This document shows positions 55,050 through 64,000 of a DNA stretch of 64,000 bases, piece after piece. Both the position numbers and the translations under genes were made by a program. The notes under the pieces were generated by a model. The model made no database searches. It saw only the letters and a list, made by a program, of their open reading frames with translations, and was not told the DNA's origin. The stretch's first letter is position 1. Every line of letters begins with the position of its first letter. Source of the stretch: Chrysomallon squamiferum (taxonomy: Eukaryota; Animalia; Mollusca). The stretch covers positions 40,238,001 to 40,302,000 of the forward strand of contig CM022665.1 in NCBI GenBank assembly GCA_012295275.1, read 5' to 3'.

Positions 55050-55639
55050 GTACACGCATGTATCATGTTATATTCACATTTCTTCCATCGTAGCTAAATC
55101 TAACGATTACCTCAACAATATTATCAACACTCTCTTGGCACCACCCCCTTTCTACAGAAAACCACGCCCCTTACTGGACTGGCCGTTTGACCATGAAATG
55201 CAAAATGAAGCTGCCGACACGCCCTATTTTTTTTTTTTTTTTTTTTTTTACCAGTAAGATGACGACAAACTCTTTTGTTAAATACATATGACATAAGATC
55301 TAAATTTTACTCCGACTGAATATTATTTATATAATGACGGCAAACGGGAGCAATAATTGTAATTCATTTTGACAGATACGAGTGTTAAGTATTACTCATG
55401 ACAGTTGTGAAGTTTGTAAACGTTTTCGGTCCATTGGAGTCATCTATATAATCTAAAAGCGCGCTCATGTTGCAGTAGTTCATGTTCCTCGACTGCACAA
55501 ACAGTGTGACCAGAAATGCTGGGTTCTTAACGGTTCCTCAAATTTGATTAAATTATATGATTATAAATTTATTATTATTATTATTATTATTATTATAATT
55601 ATTATTGTAATTGCTATTATTTTTATTATTACAATTACA

Positions 55640-55693
<54 letters not shown>

Positions 55694-55733
55694 TTTATTT
55701 TATTTTATTTATTTATTTATTTATTTGTAATTA

Positions 55734-55771
<38 letters not shown>

Positions 55772-56041
55772 TATTTTTTTAAATTTCAAATTAAAAAGAG
55801 CCAAATTCATGGCGAATAGTTTTACTTTATATAAAAATATCGAATTTCTTTGTTTATTAAAACATGACTGATAAGTATTATATTTCAAAGAATGAAAACA
55901 ATAAAAAATAAAATGAGTAGAAAAACAAATAAAATACAAGTTTTAATCTAACGGTATTTTTATTGAATCATGAATTACGTATATATATATATATATATCT
56001 ACAACGATATATATCAAGTTTAAATACATATTATTACTTAG

Positions 56042-56110
<69 letters not shown>

Positions 56111-57090
56111 CTATTTCTGTTTTCCTCTTTATTTATCTGTAAACATAAATGAGCATTTTAATTAAAATAACACAAAAATAGAAGAAGAAAAAAACATTAG
56201 TACAGTATAGGTGTACACATCTATGTAAACAGACACTAACAGTTCATAAAACAAATCTACACACACTATTATTTACAAATAAATTACATGAGTTAATATT
56301 CGATTGGTAATTAAATTATAATAATTACAATACAAAATATTTTAAAAATGATTAAAAAAAAGAAAGAAAATATTATAAATTAGTACCCGTGCAAAATACG
56401 ATCAAAAAAAAAAAAAAAATTGTTTTAGCTAATACTGCATAGAATTATATGCTCATAACATACAACATTACATATAATGTGTATTTGTAAAAGTGAGCTT
56501 ATTAATATTATATAAATATATACAAATCCATACACACGCACGCACACACACACAAACTCACACACACACACACACATATACATAAATATATACAGAGGTC
56601 TATGCGTATTATTAATTATTACAAAATTAAAATTATTAATAATTAAGATTTTCAAAAATTATCAAAAAAATAAATAAAAAATAATTTGATGACTCTATGA
56701 AATGTGACTATGACAGATACACAGGTGAGATTTAAAATCAGTCAAATTAAGTGAAGGAAAATCGATTATATTCATGACTCAGAATCAGAAATCAATCATT
56801 TTAATGACTACAAATCAATCAAAATATTAGTAACTAGATGTGTAAGTGACAAAACAGGATATGACTAAATATATCAAACTTATCCCCCCGTTTCCTATAA
56901 AAATAATATCAAATGTATTTTTCTTCTTTTCATCATTTTCCTTCTTTATAATACTGAAATTAATCAGTTTATTTTTATTATTATTGCAATATGAAATAAT
57001 TCAAATTAATGTAAAAGGTTTACTTTCTTTTTTTTGTCTTTATCTATTTATTTATTTTATTTTTTACTTAACTATTTATTTCTTCTTCTT

Positions 57091-57121
<31 letters not shown>

Positions 57122-57139
57122 TTATTATTATTATTATTA

Positions 57140-57480
57140 GTTGTTTTAGTATATTATCATAAACGTACATTTCACTTTTTTAAAAGTTAAATATATTGAT
57201 TAAAGAATAACACATGCAAATGATCAAATAAATAAATAAATAAATTATTATTATTATTTGTTTTAGTATATTATCATAAACGTACATTTCACTTTTTTAA
57301 AAGTTAAATATATTGATTAAAGAATGACACATACAAATGATCAAATAAATAAATAAATAAATTATTATTATTATTTGTTTTAGTATATTATCATAAACGT
57401 ACATTTCACGTTTTAAAAAAATTAAATATATTGATTAAAGAATGACACATGCAAATGATCAAATAAATAAATAAATAAAT
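57140..57480. repeat. Tandem repeat, ~117 bp x3, downstream of bZIP A stop
   Basis: TTGTTTTAGTATATTATCATAAACGTACATTTCAC...CAAATGATCAAATAAATAAAT near 57140, 57258, 57375. Confidence 0.9.
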
Positions 57481-57535
57481 TACTACTGTTACTACTACCA
57501 ATACTACTGCGTTTAATAATAATAACAACAATAAA

Positions 57536-57597
<62 letters not shown>

Positions 57598-57993
57598 TAA
57601 TTATGTTTATTTAGTTATATCTACCTTACTGTCTTTAATTCTAATTTCTAATTATCATGTCAAAGTTTGTAATTAGCGTAAATTCACTTGGAATTTTTCC
57701 AAGTTATTGTTTTATACCAAAAGGTTCATAGTCTGAACAGTTTTATCTTCTTAAATCGGCCAAAGTGTAACAGCAAACTCGGCGGCTAATCAACGAAATG
57801 ACACAAGTTCCTGTTCAGAAATCAAAATATCAGGGTGCATGAGCCAGTCAATAAATAACTGCAACCAACTTATTCGTTTTCTTTCTTCCCCTAATGAAAT
57901 AAACTGCATATTAGTTTCCATTCTTATCACAAAGAGGCATTTGTTTCTTTTAAAAAGGTTCGCTAATGGGATATATCTACTTCTTGCGACGAT

Positions 57994-58946
57994 TTACAAG
58001 TTCATGTAATCTTTATTTGAATCTTCTTCGGTGACGTTGAAGTCAAACAACTGCTGGAAATGAGGTAAAGCGTTATTAGACAGCCCGCAGTCGAAACCAT
58101 TTGAGAAATTTCCATCGGCCAAAGGAATGACGCCGAGACCGCACTGAGCGGAATCCTCAGGTTTCACTGACCATTCGTTATTTTTGACTGGGACTGTGTA
58201 ATCGTATCCGAAAAACGTACCTTCATCAGTGCAACTTGCAGACGACATGACCTGAAATCCCGCGCTTGCCGGCGGTGATGACGTCGATTCAGAATGATCC
58301 TCTTCCTCGAAGAGATTTGAATTACTTTCAAAAGGAAGTAAAGTCGAACTGTTTATATCTGTAAGAAAATGTTCAAGATTTGCAAGAGCATCACTAGGTA
58401 TACTGAGCTGTCGACAAATCTGTTTCGGTCTTTCTATTATCGGATCGCTGTCATCCTCGTTTCCAGAGCACGTGACCAATGGCTGTTGACCAATGAACTG
58501 GGTTCTTTCAAAACCCGGATCCTTGTCAGCCCAGTTAGAATAAGCGATTCCTTGCTCTTGACCAGTCAAACTGTTCTGTCCTTCAGATGCCGGAATATCC
58601 AGGTTAGCGAAAGGAATCATTTCAGGTTGTTCAGTCTGGCATGCAGCCCGTGGATTTCCTGACTGGCTGAGAAAAACACACTTGTCCGAACGTACGTGTT
58701 TTTGAACGATTTCTTTCAGGGCGGTTTTCTCACGAAGCAGTTGTTTTATCTCTGTCTCAAGTTGCAGGTTCTGGATAGAGTATTTTTGAAGCTGCTGAAA
58801 TTAATAAATTCTTAATCAGTTATTGTAATCGCAATGAATGCTTATTAATGTCTTCACATGCAAGACTATCGTTATGATCATATACAAAAGAAAAATATTC
58901 ATACACAAACACACACACACACACACACACACACATCCACACGTAT

Positions 58947-58997
<51 letters not shown>

Positions 58998-59521
58998 ATG
59001 CACATGCACACATATAAATACACACACAAATAATAGTAATAATAAAATAAATTAAAAATAATAATAATACATACGCACCTTCAGATTTCTTGAAGTAGAC
59101 AATTTCTTTTTCATTCGAAAGCGTCGAGCGGCTTCTCGGTTTTGTTTACGTCGTTTGTCTCGTTTGGCTAAATCTTCATGAGACAGCTGAAATGAAAAAC
59201 CCGGTTAATGAAATCAAATTATATATATATATATACTACTTCTGTTAATACTACTACCTCTACTTCTGCTGCTACTACTACAGGTCCTACATCTACTGTT
59301 AATACTACTTCTACCACTACTATTTTTACTACTACTGCTACTATTAATACTATTAAAGTTACCATTACTGCTTCTACTACTACTACTACTACCACTACTA
59401 CTACTAACTCAACCATTTTTGTACTACTACTAATAGGTAGTATTACCGCTGCTGTTACTACCAATATTATTAAAACTGTTGTTTTAAAAATTATTACTGA
59501 TATTATTATTATTATTATTAT

Positions 59522-59552
<31 letters not shown>

Positions 59553-59837
59553 TGTAGTTGCTGTTAATATTACTGTTGTTATTATTATTATTGTTATCAT
59601 TATTACATTATTATTATTATTATAGTCATTATTATTATCATTAACATTATCATTATTATTATCATATCAATATTATTATTATTATTGTTTATCCTTATTA
59701 TCATTATCATCATCATCATTATTATTATCATTAACATTATCATTATTATTATTATCATTATTATCATTATTATCATCATATCAATATTATTATTATTATT
59801 GTTATCATTATTATCATTATCATCATCATCATCATCA

Positions 59838-59874
<37 letters not shown>

Positions 59875-59989
59875 CCTCATATTTTTTGCATTCTTTAAAT
59901 TCAACTTTTATCTCGCCTTCGCCTCGTTCGCGTCTTTTCGACAAAATGGATGTTTTTAGACTTTCTTTTACTTTCTGTACGACGGCCAT
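57994..59989 (-). CDS. ATF3/Fos-like bZIP transcription factor, paralogue A (~340 aa)
   Basis: Exons 59989-59876 (MAVVQKVKESLKTSILSKRRERGEGEIKVEFKECKKYE), 59186-59079 (LSHEDLAKRDKRRKQNREAARRFRMKKKLSTSRNLK), 58794-57994 (zipper ..LETEIKQLLREKTALKEIVQKHVRSDKC plus acidic Ser/Pro tail); both introns GT-AG, phase 0. Confidence 0.9.
59230..59872. repeat. (ACT)n/(ATT)n/(ATC)n trinucleotide field filling a bZIP A intron
   Basis: Direct reading. Confidence 0.9.
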
Positions 59990-61003
59990 TTTGGAATCGG
60001 TTTCAGAAATTTACTTCTTTCGATAACCTCTGGAAAGAGAAAGCAAGAGAGAAATATATAAGCATTTTCTTAGATCGGTAATATCACAGAAGACAAATAT
60101 AAAACGTTGGTTCGATATATTTTTTTGTGCCCGTCGAAATAATTATTAGCGATCAATCTTGGCTAACAATAAAGTATGATACAATACAATAAAGTAATGA
60201 ATTTAATATATAAATATACAGTTAATATGATACAATATAACAAAGTAATGGATTTAATATATAAATATATATCTGTGTGCATATGTCTATATCTATATGT
60301 ATATTCATGGAAAATGACTAAATTCAAGTTAATTTTTTTATGTCTATTTTCTTTTTTTTTTCTTTTTTTTAATTAGCTTAAAATTATATATTTAAATTAA
60401 ATTTAAAGAATGTAATAATTATATGGTTTTGTTTAACATTGTACTTAAAAGTAATTAATATTTATTGATTTATTTATTTGTTTGTTTGTTTGTTTATTTA
60501 TTATTTATTTTGATTTTGATTTTATTTTAGTATTATTTTATATTTATTTATTATTACTATTATTATTATTAATTATTATTATTTTTATTATTATTATTAG
60601 TATGAATTATTATTATTTTTGTTATTATTATTATTATTATTATTATTTTATTTTTGATTTTTGATTTATCTCTTCTTTTTTTGTATGTATTCGTTGTATT
60701 TTTTTATTTTTTATTTTTTTTAAATGAATTATAATTATAAATAATTATAAACTAAATTACTTCCTGATAAATAAAATCAAACAATAATCAGAGGATGGAG
60801 ATTTTTTCTTTGTTTTAATGTTAGAAGTGTTTAATTAATTATCAAGTAAATAAATAAATAAAATTACTGTTAATCTATAGTTTTCTCTGCTGTTAAGAAA
60901 TAACATATATATAATGAAAAGGATTTAAATGTAAATAATTTGATACAAAAATTATTGACCGCATTTGTATTAATAAAACAACAACATGAAACAAATAAAC
61001 AAA

Positions 61004-61069
<66 letters not shown>

Positions 61070-61969
61070 AATAAAAAAAATAAAAAAAAATAAAGTAAGT
61101 AAATAAATAAATAAATAATAAAAAAGAAAAGAAAAAAGAAAACTATATACCTTTTCACTTTTTGTATTAGTTATTAAAGAACAGATAAAAAATAAAAAAT
61201 AAAAAATAAAAATAAAAAATGCGCAATCGTGCCAAATGTTACTGGTATTAGCTTCATGTTGGGCAATTCAGGAATTGAAAACCATGAGACGTTATTATTA
61301 CCTGTGACTAATACAGCCACGCCAAAAAACTAGGTCAGAGAGACGTAGATAAACACAAATGTACTTGTTGTATGAATACATTATACTTTGTTCCTCATAA
61401 TATAAACACGCATAACGAAACACAGATCGTATATATGACAGATTACAGATATTAAAAAAAAAGATAAAAAAATAAAATAAAAAAAAAAATAAAAAAAAAA
61501 ATGTAGAGAAGAGAACAATAATAATCTAGGCTGTTAATCAACCTGCAGTGACAGAGGAGAAGAAAAAAAAGCTTCGATCTGGGTAATGTACTTGCGTAAC
61601 CACGTACCGTGAAGTACATTTAAACTTGAAGCGACAAACAAACGGCTCACTTGACTAACAATATCTGCAAACGGTTAGAACAACTGTCACTGGAACAAGT
61701 AGGCAACATTGATGAAATTCCAGACGTATCGATCGCATAAACATCGATCCCCCGACCTGGAATCCAGTTCATTCGTTACGTAGTGAATAATAACACACAA
61801 TTGCACTGTTTATATGTGTTATGTACAGCTGTAGCAGCGTATCAAATCTTTCGATAAAAATAGTGCGATGATGAACATAGCCAGGTGTTGAATGTTAGTA
61901 TGACTATTTAAACATAACGTACGCCTACAAGCACACACCTCTATATATATATATATATATTATAAGGTT

Positions 61970-62003
<34 letters not shown>

Positions 62004-62110
62004 TTAGTTAGTATGTTTGTATATGTGTGTAAGTTCGTACGAGCGACTGCTTGTGTGAATGTCTGTGTTTTAGTAAAGATAAATAATTTAAAAAAAAAAA
62101 AATATCATAC

Positions 62111-62320
62111 CATTTTTTAACCGCTAAAGAGGTCCGAACCGAACAAAATTCACGACGAAACTGGCAAGTCATTGCGGATGTCAGGTCTATTTTTTATACA
62201 CCTTGACACACCAGAGCCGGGATTTTCCAGCTACGTAGTCAGTGACTGACCAATGAAAAAGCAGGAGGGGAATTTTCTTTTACAAAGGAAGTCTGCGAAT
62301 ATTTGATTTCCCGGGAAAAG
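62111..62320 (-). promoter_or_regulatory. Candidate promoter and first exon of bZIP A
   Basis: Minus-strand TATAAAAA 62198-62191; short exon ending ATG|gtatga at 62111; kB-like GGGATTTTCC 62219-62228 and GGGAATTTTC 62268-62277; CCAAT near 62250; ETS-like AGGAAGT near 62286; palindrome TTCCCGGGAA 62308-62317. Confidence 0.65.
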
Positions 62321-62635
62321 GTTTTTCTTACAGTGAAAGAATGCGTTGTCCTTGTTTTCTTAGATTTGTAATGCCTTATGTAAATAATAAGCCTCGAAAG
62401 TATGAAAGAGAAGATAATTACTAATGTTATATATTGATTTAGTACATAACTTATTGTTTTCGATGTGTGTTTTTTTATTTTATTTTTTTTTTATTTTTTT
62501 TTTAATAAAAGATGTATTTATGTATTTGTTCAAGTATGTGTCTGAATATTATACATGGTTGTGTGTGTATGTTTAACCAGTATTTTCATACATTTGTGTA
62601 TGTGTATGTTTGCGAGTGTTTATGCGTATGTGTGA

Positions 62636-62674
<39 letters not shown>

Positions 62675-63063
62675 CGCGCGCGCACGCATGTCTGTCTCTA
62701 TTACTAAGAAGTTAAATGATTCACTCTGTGGTTTGGTGTGTTGTAATTTCTCTCTCACTTCCCTGCAGCGACATCTAAAACACACGTTTTAGATACACAC
62801 TCATTTACAACAGCCGCTGTTCACTGTTCTCTGTGTCGTATGGATTATTACTCATATCACATCTTTAGTAATGTGAGACGTGTGTTACTACACAGATGTG
62901 TGTTATTACCGTGCTTAATTTATAAGACCGTGGCAAGAACGTGTTTGTGTGTGTGTGTGTACGTGTGTGTGTCTGTGTGTGTGCGTATGTGTGTGTTTAA
63001 GTTGGTCGAGAAGTAAATAAATATAAATTAGCTTATAAGATTTTAAAAAATAAATAAATAAAA

Positions 63064-63094
<31 letters not shown>

Positions 63095-64000
63095 ACAAAT
63101 AAATAAATAAATAAATAAATAAATAAACAAACAAATAAATAAACAAACAAACAAACAAATAAATAAATAAATAAATAACAGAACAGAACAGAACAGAACA
63201 GAATAAAAATAACTTAACATAATATAACACGGCGCAACATAACAAGACATACGACATGTAACAAAGAATGAATGGATTAATCATGAAAAGTGAAAGTTGG
63301 AAAGAAAAAGTAAGAACAAAAATGAGATCTTAGAAAACAAAAGGAGAAAGAAAGAAAATGAAAGAAAAAGAAGAAAGAAAGGAAAAGAAGCAAATGTTAA
63401 AGAAAGAAAAAAAAAAACGAAGAAATAAAAAAAAAAAAAAAACCGAGTAAGGAAAAAAAAAAAACAGATCAGTAATTTTACCTGTATCAAGGAACTACAA
63501 GGATCTAACCTATTCGTAACAACTATTACTAATAGTCAGCCCATTCTGCGTGTTTACCTCTTTATGTTATTCTTCCTTCTTTTTCTCTTCTTCCTATCTC
63601 GTTTTATTAATTCTCCCGTTTATATATTCCCTTTAACTTTATCACATAACATTCATAATACCTGGCTTTCTGCGCAGTAATGATCGGATCGGCTCGCGTC
63701 TACTTTCGGTTACGGATGATTTGTATTCTATGTGTTTTTTTACGTAGTATGTACGTATGCATTTCTGTGTATGTGTGTGTGTGTGTGTGAGTGGGTGTAT
63801 GTATTTTTTTTTTTTTTTATGTATGCGTGTGTATATGTATGTGTGTATGTAGACGTGTGTGTGTGTGTTTTGTGTGTGTATGTGTGTGTATATATAAATA
63901 TATTTATGTATGTATGTATGTATGTATATAGACAGCTGTGCGGGTGTGTGTTGTGTGTGTGTGTTGTGTGTGTTGTGTTGTGTATGTGTTGTCTGTGTGT

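Noticed and set aside
58369-58662. Plus-strand 97-aa ORF (likewise 49263-49517 and 38594-38815)
   Set aside because: Antisense shadows of real coding exons
59208-59567. Thr-rich mucin-like ORF
   Set aside because: Degenerate (ACT)n repeat inside a bZIP A intron on the opposite strand; no splice or domain support

Overview
AT-rich, microsatellite-dense animal genomic DNA; the sequence style and gene content suggest a mollusc, possibly a cephalopod (inference only). Almost all ORFs in the supplied track are microsatellite artefacts. I reconstructed four spliced genes by hand. (1) On the + strand, 18149-38822, a secreted GH18 chitinase with 20 coding exons: signal peptide, catalytic domain with an intact [11 protein letters not shown] motif, a Gly/Ser/Arg stretch, ten symmetric phase-1 linker exons rich in Lys/Ser/Thr/Pro, and a C-terminal six-Cys CBM14 domain. 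All ten linker exons use the unusual AAG acceptor and a GTAAG donor, and their introns carry ACTAAY, TGCATG and YGCY motifs, which suggests a splicing-tunable linker. (2-4) On the - strand, a tandem trio of ATF3/Fos-like bZIP genes (A 57994-59989, B 49317-53956, C 42674-44302) sharing intron positions. C encodes a 98-aa protein with a perfect leucine zipper but a broken basic region, a candidate dominant-negative microprotein. A and B have Phe where AP-1 proteins have Cys/Ser, and NF-kB-like sites upstream (A also a STAT-like site). Several 1-nt frame breaks at homopolymer runs are probably assembly errors. No tRNA, rRNA, CRISPR array or recognisable coding transposon was seen.
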